From Polyangiaceae bacterium (lineage in GTDB: Bacteria; Myxococcota_A; Polyangia; Polyangiales; Polyangiaceae), in NCBI GenBank assembly GCA_044222475.1, contig JBGANF010000027.1, forward strand, positions 10,784 to 74,783: a DNA stretch of 64,000 nt. The letters run 5' to 3'. The notes beneath the pieces are model-generated. The model worked only from the letters and a program-made list of their open reading frames with translations. It was not told where the DNA came from and made no database searches. The translations under genes and the position numbers were made by a program. Positions 38,908 to 49,211 of this stretch are shown in pieces. The first letter of the stretch is position 1. Each line of letters opens with the position of its first letter.

Positions 38908-40470
38908 GTGCGCGCAGTGAGCTCCGGGTCGCAAGACGAGATCGCTTCGCGTGCGGGCAAGGGCGGCGCTGCCGTTCTCGGCGCGAAGGTCTACTTCATC
39001 CTCGTCGGCTTCCTTCAACAGCCGCTGCTCAAGTGGGCGATCGGGCTCGCGGCCTACGGAGCGCTCTCCGGGCGCGTGCTCGGCGTCGCGAACATCGTCA
39101 ACAACGTCGTGGTCTCGGCGTCGACCCAGAGCGCCAGCCGCGCGGTCGCGCAGTCCAAAGGCGACGAGGCCAAGGCGTTGCGCCTCGCGCTCCGCGTCCA
39201 CGTCCCCATCGCCATCGCGCTCGCCCTCGCGTTCGCGGCGGCGGCGCCGTTGGTCGCGTGGTTCCAGCACGCGCCTCACGTGACGGTGCCGCTCGCCGTC
39301 GCTGCCGGGGTCGTCCTCTGTTACGGGCTCTACGCGCCGCTCGTCGGCTACCTCAACGGCCGCGGCCAGTTCGTGCGCCAAGCCTCGCTCGACGTGCTCT
39401 TCGCGACGCTTCGCACCATCGGCCTCGTCGGGCTCGGCGTCCTCTTCGTGCGCGGCGGCATGAGCGGACCGCTCGGAGCGATCATCGGCTTCGTCGTCGC
39501 CGCGGTGATCATCCTCTTCGTCGCGCTGCGCTTCACCGGGCTCGGTGCGAGCGGTGAGTCGCCGTCGATCCCGACGGCGCGCGCGTACGTCGGTGCGCTC
39601 CTGCCGCTCGCGCTCACGCAGCTCTTCACGAACGCGCTGATGCAGCAGGACACGATCCTGCTCGGCCGGTTCCTGTCGGAGGGCACGGCGCACATCGGGC
39701 TCGTCGGTCAGAACGCGACCGATGCGGCCGACGAGTGGGTCGGCGTGTATCGCGCGTGCCAGCTCTTCGCGTTTCTTCCCTACCAGCTCCTGCTCGCGCT
39801 CACGCAAGTGCTCTTTCCGATGCTCGCCCGCGCCAAGGCCGAGGGCGACACCGAGCAGATTCGGAGCTACGTCCTGCGCGGCGCTCGGCTGGGCGCGATC
39901 GCGACCGGGCTCTTCGTCTCGGTCATCGTCGCGATGCCGGGCACCGCGATCCGCATCGCCTACGGTGCAGAGGTCGCTGAGCGTGGCGCTGGCACGCTCC
40001 GCATCCTCGTGCTCGCGCAGGCGCTCTTCGCGATGCTGGGTTTGGCGAACACGATCCTCGCGAGCCTCGGGCGCGAGCGCGTCGCCGCCACGATCACCGG
40101 GTGCGCGGCGGCGCTCGCCATGGGGCTGTCGTTCTTCTTCGCGCCGGGAGGCGTCTTCGGCGAGCCGGTGCTGATGCGCATGGCCCTCGCGGTCGGGACC
40201 GCGCTGGTCGCGGCGCTCGTGTTCGCGACGGTCGTGGTTCGCCGGACGGCCAAGGCGTTCGTCCCCCTCGCGACCGCGGTGCGGGTCGTGATCGCCGTCG
40301 CGCCGTGCGTCGTGATCGGCCTTCGCATCCCGACGTTGCGCCCGGTCCTGTCACCCATCCCCGCCGTCCTCGCCACCTTGACCTACCTCGGGGTCCTCGT
40401 GGTCACCCGCGAGCTGCGACGCAGCGATTTGGCTCCAATTCTCGAACGATTGCGCCGCCGGAAGGCCTGA
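38908..40470 (+). CDS. MOP/MATE-superfamily flippase (Wzx/SpoVB/MurJ-like)
   Basis: About 14 TM segments; GVYRACQLFAFLPYQ..VLFPML; LRILV; TILASLGR. Confidence 0.82.
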   Translation: MRAVSSGSQDEIASRAGKGGAAVLGAKVYFILVGFLQQPLLKWAIGLAAYGALSGRVLGVANIVNNVVVSASTQSASRAVAQSKGDEAKALRLALRVHVPIAIALALAFAAAAPLVAWFQHAPHVTVPLAVAAGVVLCYGLYAPLVGYLNGRGQFVRQASLDVLFATLRTIGLVGLGVLFVRGGMSGPLGAIIGFVVAAVIILFVALRFTGLGASGESPSIPTARAYVGALLPLALTQLFTNALMQQDTILLGRFLSEGTAHIGLVGQNATDAADEWVGVYRACQLFAFLPYQLLLALTQVLFPMLARAKAEGDTEQIRSYVLRGARLGAIATGLFVSVIVAMPGTAIRIAYGAEVAERGAGTLRILVLAQALFAMLGLANTILASLGRERVAATITGCAAALAMGLSFFFAPGGVFGEPVLMRMALAVGTALVAALVFATVVVRRTAKAFVPLATAVRVVIAVAPCVVIGLRIPTLRPVLSPIPAVLATLTYLGVLVVTRELRRSDLAPILERLRRRKA

Positions 40471-40506
40471 CCGACTCTTTCCGAGTTCGTGTAGTCTCGA
40501 TCGCCC

Positions 40507-42219
40507 ATGCACTGGCGCTGGCTTCGGCTCTTCGCGCAGTACCTCGTCATTGCCCTCTTCGTGACGGCCACGACCCGCGCCCGCGCGGAAGACGCCGGCG
40601 TCGCGGACGCCCACGCGTCGGACGCCGGCCGCCGTGACGGCGCAGCAGACGCAGCCGACGACGCCACGACGGCGATGGCGATGGAGCTCGACGGCGCCAC
40701 GGACCTCGACGCGACCGCGGCGGACGGCGCGAACGACGCCGAGCCCGACGTCGCGGATGCCTCGACCACGGAGGTCGATGCGATCGCTCCAGCGCCCTCT
40801 GCCTCCGCAGCCCACGGCGCCCCGACCGAGGGCTCGCCGGTCAAGCTCCGCGACAAGCGCGTGTTCGCGATCCGCGTTCCTCGCGCCGGGGTCTCCGCCG
40901 AGGACCGCGCCCTCGCGGCGACTCAAGCGCTCGAAGCGGCGTTCGACGAGCACGCCGACGCCGAGGTCCACGTCGACGACTCGAAGCCCGGCGTCGAAGT
41001 CGTCCTCGTCGGCGACACGCCGATCATCGAGCTCGGACAAGAGGACGCCGACGCCGCCGGGGACACGAGCCTCTCGGTCCACTCGCTCCGCATCGCGACC
41101 GCGATCCGCGAGACCTTCAAGACCGAGCGCACCCGGCGAGACGTCGCGACGACGGTGTTCCATTGGTCGCTCGTCTTCTTCACCGCTCTGATCGCGTTCC
41201 TGGCCCAACGCCGGATGCGCGAGATCCTCGTGCGCGGCCGAAAGTGGCTGAAACAGAACCCCGACAAGCTCCCGGTGCTCCGCGTCGGAAACGTCGAGAT
41301 CCTGCGTCCGGCGGCGTTCCAAGGCGTGATCCAGATCGGCGTCTCGATCCTCGAGCGCACCCTGCAGCTCACGATCGCCTACGTCTGGCTCGTCTTCGTC
41401 CTCAACCTGTTCGACGCAACGCGCGGCTTCGGCAAGCGCGTCACCGGGCTCGTCTTCACGCCCATCGGCGCGTTGTTCGCGCGCCTCGCCACGAGCCTTC
41501 CGGGCCTCATCGGCGCCGCGGTCGTCCTCTTCGTGCTCTTCGCAGCGTTCCGGCTCGTGGGGCTCTTCTTCCAGAGCGTCGAGAAGGGGGAGACCCAGCT
41601 CGATTGGCTCCCGAAGAGCCTCGCGCGCCCGGTAGGCTTCCTCACTCGACTCGGCCTGGTCACCGCGGCAGTCGTCCTCGGAGCTCCGCTCGTCACCGGT
41701 GACGAGCAGGGTGTCGCATCCCACATTGGTACCGCCATGCTCGCAGCCTTCGGGCTCGCAGCGGTGCCGATCCTCTCGTCGGCGTTCCTCGGCGTGGCGA
41801 CGATCCTCTCGGGCCGCCTGCGGGTCGGCGATTTCGTCGCCTTCGACGGGCGCCAAGGGCGCGTCGCCTCGATGACACTCCTCGAGCTGCGTATCCACGA
41901 CGGCGAGGGCGCCGAGATGCGGGTGCCATATCTCCTCACCCTCGTGCGACCGATCCGCGTCCTCGGCCCGTACCGCCTCTCGAACTTCGAGATCATCGTC
42001 AATCCGCAGGCCGATCAAGCGAGGGTGCGCGAGATCCTCGTCACCGCCGGGAAAGGCAAGCACGGCGCGCCGCGCGTGCGGCTCGTCGACATCGACGCCG
42101 ACGGTGCGCGCTACGAGATCGTCGCCAAGCGCGGCCTCGACGACGAGGATCCGACGATCCTCATCGTGAAAGCGCTGGAAGACGCCGGGATCTCGCTCGG
42201 TCGCAAGAAGGGGGGCTGA
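40507..42219 (+). CDS. MscS-family mechanosensitive channel with periplasmic N-terminal domain
   Basis: Signal peptide, acidic linker, several TMs, FGLA..ILSS..G, RLRVGDFV..GRQGRV..MRVP. Confidence 0.8.
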   Translation: MHWRWLRLFAQYLVIALFVTATTRARAEDAGVADAHASDAGRRDGAADAADDATTAMAMELDGATDLDATAADGANDAEPDVADASTTEVDAIAPAPSASAAHGAPTEGSPVKLRDKRVFAIRVPRAGVSAEDRALAATQALEAAFDEHADAEVHVDDSKPGVEVVLVGDTPIIELGQEDADAAGDTSLSVHSLRIATAIRETFKTERTRRDVATTVFHWSLVFFTALIAFLAQRRMREILVRGRKWLKQNPDKLPVLRVGNVEILRPAAFQGVIQIGVSILERTLQLTIAYVWLVFVLNLFDATRGFGKRVTGLVFTPIGALFARLATSLPGLIGAAVVLFVLFAAFRLVGLFFQSVEKGETQLDWLPKSLARPVGFLTRLGLVTAAVVLGAPLVTGDEQGVASHIGTAMLAAFGLAAVPILSSAFLGVATILSGRLRVGDFVAFDGRQGRVASMTLLELRIHDGEGAEMRVPYLLTLVRPIRVLGPYRLSNFEIIVNPQADQARVREILVTAGKGKHGAPRVRLVDIDADGARYEIVAKRGLDDEDPTILIVKALEDAGISLGRKKGG

Positions 42220-42224
42220 GCCGA

Positions 42225-43523
42225 GTGAACTCGCTTCTGCTCCTGATGGGGCTCCTGCTCGTCGCGTACCTGGGGTCGTTCCTCGTCGGTGGGGAACGGT
42301 CGGTGCGCGGAATCGGGCTCCCGTCGAGCGTCGAGTGGGTCGTCCTCGGGTTCATCATCGGGCCGCACGCGCTCGGTCTCGTCGCAGGGTCGGTCGTCGA
42401 CTCGGTGAAGCCGATCGTGCTCATCGGCGTCGGCTGGCTCGCGCTGATCGGGGGAGCGAACTACGCGCAGACGCCCTTCGGCGCCGTGCCGCGCGGTCGC
42501 GTCGCTGGCGCGCTGGGGTGGGCGACGTTGTCCGCGGCGATCGCCGCGGCCGCGATCTACTTCGCCCTCCCCTACTTCGCGGACGGCGTCACCGAGCAGG
42601 ACCGGCGCCTGCTCGCGATCACGCTCGGCGCCGCATCGACCGAGACCACGCGCCACGTCATGCGATGGGTGCAGGAGCGCTACTCGGCGGAGGGGCCGGT
42701 GTTTCGCCTGCTCACGGACATCGCCGACGCAGAAGACGTCATCCCGGTCGCCCTCGTCGCCGTCGTCTTCGCGCTGACCCAACCCAAAGAGGCAGTCCTC
42801 GCGCCGCTTCCGGCGCTCGGAGCAACGCTCGGTCTCGGCATCGTGCTCGGCCTCGTGAGCGCGCTGCTCCTCGGCGCCGAGTTCCGCCTCCGCGAGTCGT
42901 GGGGCGTGCTCCTCGGCACTTCGATCCTCGCCATCGGGGTCGCGGCTCGCGTCGGGCTGTCCGTCGTCACCGTCCTCTTCGTCCTCGGCATGACGCTCGC
43001 GGCAGCGTCGAAGCATGCCGACGAAGTGCGCGAGATGCTCCTCAGCACCGAGCGCTCGGCGCTGCTGCCGATCCTCATCGTGTGCGGCATCCGCGCCGAG
43101 GCCACGTCGATGGGCCCGACGCTCGCGCTCGCCGCGATCCTCGTCGTCGTCCGATTGATCGTCAAATACATGCTCGGCGGAGTGATCGGCGTCGTCCTGA
43201 AGGAGGCGCGCCCAGCCGGGGGGCTCGTAGGCGTCGGGATGATGTCCTCGGGTGCGCTGACGATGCTGGTCGGGCTCACGATCAACCTGCGGTTCCCGGG
43301 GTTCGTCGGCGAAACCACGCTCATCGCCGCCGCCCTGCTCAACATCGTCGGCGAGCTCTTCGGTCCGCCTGCGCTTCGAACTGCGCTCCGCCGCGTCGGT
43401 GAGATCAAGGCGCCCGAGGCGCCGAAGTCGGCTTCGATCCTCGACGAGCCGGACGACGAGCCGGACGACCGACCGTCGTCGCGTGAGCTCCCGTGGAGCG
43501 AAGAAGAAGGAGGCGAGCCATGA
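42225..43523 (+). CDS. Divergent cation:proton antiporter-like membrane protein
   Basis: 12-13 TMs; VLGFIIGPHALGL, GVGWLALIGG, ELFGP; acidic tail. Confidence 0.75.
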   Translation: MNSLLLLMGLLLVAYLGSFLVGGERSVRGIGLPSSVEWVVLGFIIGPHALGLVAGSVVDSVKPIVLIGVGWLALIGGANYAQTPFGAVPRGRVAGALGWATLSAAIAAAAIYFALPYFADGVTEQDRRLLAITLGAASTETTRHVMRWVQERYSAEGPVFRLLTDIADAEDVIPVALVAVVFALTQPKEAVLAPLPALGATLGLGIVLGLVSALLLGAEFRLRESWGVLLGTSILAIGVAARVGLSVVTVLFVLGMTLAAASKHADEVREMLLSTERSALLPILIVCGIRAEATSMGPTLALAAILVVVRLIVKYMLGGVIGVVLKEARPAGGLVGVGMMSSGALTMLVGLTINLRFPGFVGETTLIAAALLNIVGELFGPPALRTALRRVGEIKAPEAPKSASILDEPDDEPDDRPSSRELPWSEEEGGEP

Positions 43524-44905
43524 GCTCGGCCGCTCACGCCGCGCCGCGCGGCCCGGTCACGCGCCTCATCCAGCTCGTCTCGCTCGCGCTGTGCTTCGCC
43601 ATCCTGTGGGGCGCCAAGTACGTCGTCCCCGAGAGCGAGGAGACGCTCGGCATCATCTCGGGTATCGGCCTCTTCATCATGGGCGGGACGCTCGCCAGCG
43701 AAGTCCTCGAGCCCCTCCGAGTCCCTCACCTCACCGGCTACCTCGGGGTCGGCATCCTCGCCGGCCCGCACGTGCTCCACCTCGTCGACCACAAGGCCGT
43801 CGAGTCGATGACGCGCGTCAACGCGCTCGCGCTGGCGCTCATCGCGCTCGAAGGCGGAGCGGAGCTCAAGATCAGCCTCGTCCGCCCGGTCGTGAAGACG
43901 CTCGCGATCGCGACGTTCGTTCAGACGACGATGGTGCTCTTCGGTCTAGCGGGCGTGTTCGTGCTCGCACGTCCGCTGATCCCGTTCGCCCAGGCCTACG
44001 GCGTCACCGGCCTCATCGGCATCGCGTTCCTCTGGGGGCTCCTCGGCATCACGCGGAGCCCGTCCGCGGTGCTCGGCATCCTCTCGCAGACGCGCGCTCA
44101 GGGCCCTCTCGCCACCTTCAGCCTCGCCTTCATCATGGTGTCCGACGTCGTCGTCATCACCCTGGCGGCGGTGATCACGACGCTCGTGAAGCCGCTCGTC
44201 GTCCCCGGCGCCGAGATGTCGAGCACGGCGTTCGCCGAGCTGTGGCACGAGATCCTCGGCAGCGTCTCGCTCGGGACGAGCCTCGGCCTCTTGATCGTGG
44301 CGTACCTCCGCTTCGTGAAGAAGAACTTCGTCGTCGTCCTCGTGGCGCTCGGCTTCGGCTTCACCGAGGTTCTGAACTACCTCCACCTGGAGCCGCTCCT
44401 CACGTTCCTCGTCGCCGGCTTCCTCGTCCAGAACCTCTCGAAGCAGGGCGAGGAGCTCCTCAAGTCCACGCAAGACATGGGGAGCGTCGTCTACGTTCTC
44501 TTCTTCGCGACCGCCGGAGCGCACCTCAACATCCCGCTGCTGAAGCAGTACTGGCTCGTCGCCCTCGTCCTCTTCAGCTCCCGCGCGCTGCTCACCTTCA
44601 CGGCAAACAAGATCTCGACGCGGTGGGCGAACGACCCACCCGTGCTCCGCAAGTGGGGCTTCTCCGCCTTGGTGTCCCAGGCCGGCATCGCGATCGGGCT
44701 CGCAGGAGCGATCGCGCGCGCGTTCCCTCAGTTCGGAGCCTCCTTTCAAGCCCTCGCGATCGCCACCGTCGCCCTGAACGAGATGCTGGGCCCCATCCTC
44801 TTCAAGACCGCCATCGACATCTCGGGCGAAGGATCCCGGGAAAAAGAGCGCGACCGAAGCTCGTTCACGTCGATGCGCCCACCGCCACCGCCAGCCACCG
44901 AGTGA
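43520..44905 (+). CDS. Cation:proton antiporter
   Basis: LRVPHLTGYLGVGILAGP, IALEGGAEL, RSPS, FFATAGAHL, SQAGIAIGL, NEMLGP. ATGA overlap with the previous gene. Confidence 0.88.
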   Translation: MSSAAHAAPRGPVTRLIQLVSLALCFAILWGAKYVVPESEETLGIISGIGLFIMGGTLASEVLEPLRVPHLTGYLGVGILAGPHVLHLVDHKAVESMTRVNALALALIALEGGAELKISLVRPVVKTLAIATFVQTTMVLFGLAGVFVLARPLIPFAQAYGVTGLIGIAFLWGLLGITRSPSAVLGILSQTRAQGPLATFSLAFIMVSDVVVITLAAVITTLVKPLVVPGAEMSSTAFAELWHEILGSVSLGTSLGLLIVAYLRFVKKNFVVVLVALGFGFTEVLNYLHLEPLLTFLVAGFLVQNLSKQGEELLKSTQDMGSVVYVLFFATAGAHLNIPLLKQYWLVALVLFSSRALLTFTANKISTRWANDPPVLRKWGFSALVSQAGIAIGLAGAIARAFPQFGASFQALAIATVALNEMLGPILFKTAIDISGEGSREKERDRSSFTSMRPPPPPATE

Positions 44906-44953
44906 CCCGCCCATTGACGCTGCCTGGGCTCCCGGTACTCTGGGAAATCGAAC

Positions 44954-46159
44954 ATGATTGACTCCGCCGAGCCCAAGACGTCGCCTCCCCTCGCGGCGCC
45001 CAGGGCCAAAACCAAGCGGGTCCTCATCGTCGAGGACGACGAGGATCTCGCCCGCGCGACGAAGCGATCACTCGAGCGATTCGGCTGGGAAGTCGTCATC
45101 GCGCACGACGCGGAAGAGGCTCAGGAGAAGCTGACGAGCGAGGGGCCGTCGGTCGTCCTGTGCGACATCAACCTACCGCGCGCCTCGGGGGTCGAGTTCC
45201 TGAGCATGGTGCGCTCGTACGACATCGACGTCCCGGTGCTCCTCATCACCGGAAGCCCGACGATGGAGACCGCGATCGAGGCAGTCCAGCTCGGCGCGAT
45301 CGAGTACCTCACGAAGCCCATCGACGCCGACGTGCTCCACGCCCGGCTCGAGCGAGCTCACAAGCTGAGCCAGCTCGCGCAGCTCAAGCGCGACGCCCTC
45401 CGCGCCTCCGACAGTGATGCCCCGCCGGGGGATCTCTTCGCGCTCGGCATCTCCTTCGACCGCGCCCTCAGCCAGATGTTCATGGCGTTCCAGCCGATCT
45501 TCGATCTACGGCGGAAGAAGATCATCGCCTTCGAAGCGCTGATGCGCTCGAAAGAGCCCGAGATGCAGAACCCGCTGTCGATCCTCGACGCGGCGCGCCG
45601 CCTCGATCGCTACGAGCAGCTCGGCCGGCGGGTGCGCGAGCTCGTGGACGTCGCGATCCCGAAGGCGCCGAAAGGAGTGGACCTCTTCGTGAACCTCCAC
45701 TCGTCCGACCTCCTCGACGCGACCCTCTACGACAAGACGTCACCGCTCTCCCGCATCGCGAGCCGCGTCGTCCTCGAGATCACCGAGCGCACGTCCCTCG
45801 ACGACATCGAAGAGCCCAAGCAACGAGCGGCTTCGCTGCGGTCGCTCGGCTACCGGCTCGCGATCGACGATCTCGGTGCGGGGTACGCCGGGCTCACGAG
45901 CTTCGCCCTCCTCGAGCCCGAGATCGTCAAGCTCGACATGAGCCTGATCCGCAACGTCCACCTCGAGACGATGAAGCGGCGCTTGATCGAGTCGATGGTC
46001 GCGCTGTGCCGCAGTCTGAGCATGCAGGTCGTCGCCGAGGGGATCGAGACCCAAGCCGAGCTGGCCGTCATCCGCGACCTCGGGTGCGACTTCGGGCAGG
46101 GGTACGGACTCGGACGTCCCGCGCCCGAGTTCGTCGAGTCCATCTACCCGAGCGCCTGA
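44954..46159 (+). CDS. REC-EAL c-di-GMP phosphodiesterase response regulator
   Basis: LIVEDD..LCDINLP..KP receiver; FQP, EALMR, FVN, LEITE, IDDLGAGY, VKLD, VAEGIE, GQGY. Confidence 0.92.
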   Translation: MIDSAEPKTSPPLAAPRAKTKRVLIVEDDEDLARATKRSLERFGWEVVIAHDAEEAQEKLTSEGPSVVLCDINLPRASGVEFLSMVRSYDIDVPVLLITGSPTMETAIEAVQLGAIEYLTKPIDADVLHARLERAHKLSQLAQLKRDALRASDSDAPPGDLFALGISFDRALSQMFMAFQPIFDLRRKKIIAFEALMRSKEPEMQNPLSILDAARRLDRYEQLGRRVRELVDVAIPKAPKGVDLFVNLHSSDLLDATLYDKTSPLSRIASRVVLEITERTSLDDIEEPKQRAASLRSLGYRLAIDDLGAGYAGLTSFALLEPEIVKLDMSLIRNVHLETMKRRLIESMVALCRSLSMQVVAEGIETQAELAVIRDLGCDFGQGYGLGRPAPEFVESIYPSA

Positions 46160-46186
46160 CGCACGCACACATCACGCCTGACGCCG

Positions 46187-47716
46187 GTGGCGTCGTGGTA
46201 CGATCGCCTCGTGTCCGAGCCTCGCCGAGCGGTGATCCTCGTCGTGGACGACGACGAGGCCATCACGAAGGGTGTCGCGGTCGCCCTCGAGAGCCGGGGT
46301 TACGCGGTCGTGCGGTGTCACACCGCGAGCGAAGCGCTCACCCTCGCCCGCGTCGAGCCGCCGGACCTCGCGCTCGTGGACATTCGACTGAACGCGGAGG
46401 ACAGCGGCATTCACGTCGCGAGCGTGCTCCGGACCGAGCTCGGCGTCCCGGTGATCTTCATGACCGCGTTCGGTGACGAGGAGACGATCTCTCGCGCGAC
46501 GCACGCCGGCGCCGCTGCGCTCCTGCTGAAGCCGGTGACCGACCAAGATCTCCGATGCGCCACCGAGATCGCGCTCGCCCGTCATCGCATCCTCGCCAAG
46601 GCCGCCACCGCCGAGCGCATCGCGACCGCGGCGAGCCTGGCGAACGGCCTCGCGCACGAGGTCAACAACCCCCTCGCCTTCCTCACCGCGAGCCTCGAGT
46701 ACGCGGTGGCCACCGTCGACGCGATGAAGCGCGACCCCCAGCGGAGCCTCGAACAGCTGGGGTCCGTCGCGCGCGCTCTCTCCGACGCGATCGAAGGCGC
46801 CGAGCGAATCCGCAGCGTCGTCGCCGACATCACGACGTTCGCTCGCGCGCAGGTCCCGGTGCCCGAGCGTGTCGACCTCGGGGCGACGCTGCGCGCCGCG
46901 TGGGCCATTGCCTGCGGCGACGCCAAGGAGCGCCGCCACTGGCAGATCGACGTCGCGGACCTTCCGCCGATCGAAGGTGACGAGGTCCAGCTCGTCCAGC
47001 TCTTCACCCGGCTCCTCCAGAACGCGGTCGATCATCGACGGAGCGAGGGGCCTCATCGGGTCGCGCTGCGAGCGCACGCGGACGAGCGTGGGGTCACCGT
47101 CGAGATCGAGGACACCGGGCGTGGGATCCCGCGCGAGCTCCACTCTCGCATCTTCGATCCGTTCTTCACGACCCGCGGGGCGAAGGCCGGCCGTGGCCTG
47201 GGTCTCGCCATCGCCGGCGCGATCGTTCGCGCGCATTTCGGCGAGATCGGCCTGGAGAGTCGAGTCGGCGTCGGGACGACGGTGACGGTGTGGCTCCCGC
47301 GCGAGGCGAAGCTCGCACTCGGATCGGACACGACCGCACCGAAGGTCACGAGCGAGCGCCCCCGAGTCCTGGTCGTCGACGACGAGCCGGCGATCGGCCG
47401 GTCGATCAAACGCATGCTGAAGGGCGAGTACGAGGTGCACACCGTCGGCGACGGCTCCGCGGCGCTCACCGAGCTCGGTCGCGCCACGTACGACGCGATA
47501 CTCTGCGACATCACGCTGCCGGGCATGGACGGGACCGATCTCTACGCCGAGATTCGCCGGCGCCATCCAGCGCTCGCATCGCGGATCGTGTTCGTGACCG
47601 GCGGTACGTTCAGCGCGCGGTCTCAAGCCTTCCTGGATTCCCTACCGAACAAGACGATCCGCAAGCCGTTCGCGGTCGAGGAGATTCGGAGCGCGCTCCG
47701 CGAAGTGCTCCGCTAG
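46187..47716 (+). CDS. Hybrid histidine kinase (REC-HisKA-HATPase-REC)
   Basis: LVVDDD, LVDI; AHEVNNPL; LLQNA, DTGRGI, FFTT, GLGL; second receiver LVVDDE..LCDI. Start may be 46211. Confidence 0.92.
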   Translation: MASWYDRLVSEPRRAVILVVDDDEAITKGVAVALESRGYAVVRCHTASEALTLARVEPPDLALVDIRLNAEDSGIHVASVLRTELGVPVIFMTAFGDEETISRATHAGAAALLLKPVTDQDLRCATEIALARHRILAKAATAERIATAASLANGLAHEVNNPLAFLTASLEYAVATVDAMKRDPQRSLEQLGSVARALSDAIEGAERIRSVVADITTFARAQVPVPERVDLGATLRAAWAIACGDAKERRHWQIDVADLPPIEGDEVQLVQLFTRLLQNAVDHRRSEGPHRVALRAHADERGVTVEIEDTGRGIPRELHSRIFDPFFTTRGAKAGRGLGLAIAGAIVRAHFGEIGLESRVGVGTTVTVWLPREAKLALGSDTTAPKVTSERPRVLVVDDEPAIGRSIKRMLKGEYEVHTVGDGSAALTELGRATYDAILCDITLPGMDGTDLYAEIRRRHPALASRIVFVTGGTFSARSQAFLDSLPNKTIRKPFAVEEIRSALREVLR

Positions 47717-47721
47717 AGCGC

Positions 47722-48735
47722 CTACGCGCGCGGCGCGACGAGGTAGAGCGCGATGGTCGCCCCGCGCCCGGGAGCGCTGTCGATCCGCACGTGGCCGCCG
47801 CACGCGGTCGCGAAGCCGTACGCGAGCGGGAGGCCGAGGCCGATGCCCTTGCCCCGCTGCTTCGTGGTGAAGAACGGCTCGAGCGCGCGCTCGCGCACGC
47901 GCTCATCCATGCCGACGCCGTCGTCGACGAAGCGAAGGACGAGGTGCGGACCCGGGCGCGCTCCGCTGTGGAGCTCGGCCTCGCGCTCGTCGACCACGGC
48001 GTCGAGAGTCTCGATCGAGAGCGTTCCGCCGTTCGGCATGGCCTCGCGCGCGTTGTCGACGATGGCGACGACGGCGGTTTCCATCGACTGCGCGTCGATC
48101 AGGGCACGGGGCTGGGTCGCGACGCACCGCAGCTCGACCTTTACGTTGGGGCCAGCGTGCTCGGCGACCTTGGCGCGCAGCCCGTCGAGGAGCGCGTGGA
48201 CGTCCGTCGGAACGACGCTGACGCCGCTCGGACGGCTGAACGCCATGAGCCGACGGAGCAGCTCGGCGGCCCGCTGACCGCTTCGCTTCACCTCTTCGGC
48301 GTCGCCGAACGACGCGTGTCCGGGCCCGAGATCGGCCACGAGGAAATCGGAGTAGCTGAGGATGACCGAGAGGAGGTTGTTGAGGTCGTGGACGACGCTC
48401 CCGGCAAACCGACCGAGAGCCTGCATCTTGAGGCTTTCGCGGGTGGCGGCCTCGACGGCGCGGCGATGGCTCACGTCGTGAAGGGCGACGAGGTCGGCCG
48501 CGCGACCGTCGTGGGTCACGGCTCGCGTCCGCGTCTCGACGTCGCGCGTCTTGCCGTCGGGGCGGCGGACGACGTCGCCGTCGCGCAGCGACGCGATGTC
48601 CATGCCGACGAGATCATCGCGTCCGAACAGCTCGCGCGCAGACTGGTTGGCCACGCGAATGCGTCCGTCGCCGTCGACGACGACCATCGCGACCGGGCTC
48701 GCGTCGAACAGCTCATCCATTCGAGGTCTTGCCAT
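47722..48735 (-). CDS. PAS-domain histidine kinase
   Basis: LFDASPVAMVVVDGDGRIRVAN (PAS); VHDLNNLL; NAREAM; DDGVGM; FFTTK; GLGL. Confidence 0.9.
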   Translation of the reverse strand: MARPRMDELFDASPVAMVVVDGDGRIRVANQSARELFGRDDLVGMDIASLRDGDVVRRPDGKTRDVETRTRAVTHDGRAADLVALHDVSHRRAVEAATRESLKMQALGRFAGSVVHDLNNLLSVILSYSDFLVADLGPGHASFGDAEEVKRSGQRAAELLRRLMAFSRPSGVSVVPTDVHALLDGLRAKVAEHAGPNVKVELRCVATQPRALIDAQSMETAVVAIVDNAREAMPNGGTLSIETLDAVVDEREAELHSGARPGPHLVLRFVDDGVGMDERVRERALEPFFTTKQRGKGIGLGLPLAYGFATACGGHVRIDSAPGRGATIALYLVAPRA

Positions 48736-48782
48736 CGTCGCATGCTTGCTGCATCGCGAGCGAGCGCATATCGTCCTTCGCC

Positions 48783-49211
48783 ATGGCCGATCCCCTTCCG
48801 CAGCGGGTCAAACGTTTCTACGAACGCGTCTCGACGGACGGCAACGCCGCCCTCGTCGAGCTCCCCGATCTCTACTCGGACGACGTCCACTTCATCAACC
48901 CGGTGGTCGACGAGCGCGGCCTCCGCGCCTTCGAGAAGCAGTGGACGAAGGCGCTGAAGAGCTACAAGGTCTTCCGCTTCGAGCACATCGAGCTCGTCGG
49001 CGACGAACAGATCTTCACGCTGACGTACTCGATGTCGATCAAGTTCGCGGTCGGCCCCACGTTCAAGACCGAGATGGCCACCGATTGCCACGGCCGCGAC
49101 GGCAAGGTCTTCTTCTGCCGCGACTACTTCGATCCGCTCGGTACCCTCGTCCAGCCGTTCCCGGTCGTGTCCTGGGCGTACAAGAAGATCTTCGGGTTGC
49201 TCGTCGCATGA
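48783..49211 (+). CDS. SnoaL/NTF2-like protein
   Basis: LYSDDVHFINP..G..; DGKVFFCRDYFD. Confidence 0.85.
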   Translation: MADPLPQRVKRFYERVSTDGNAALVELPDLYSDDVHFINPVVDERGLRAFEKQWTKALKSYKVFRFEHIELVGDEQIFTLTYSMSIKFAVGPTFKTEMATDCHGRDGKVFFCRDYFDPLGTLVQPFPVVSWAYKKIFGLLVA

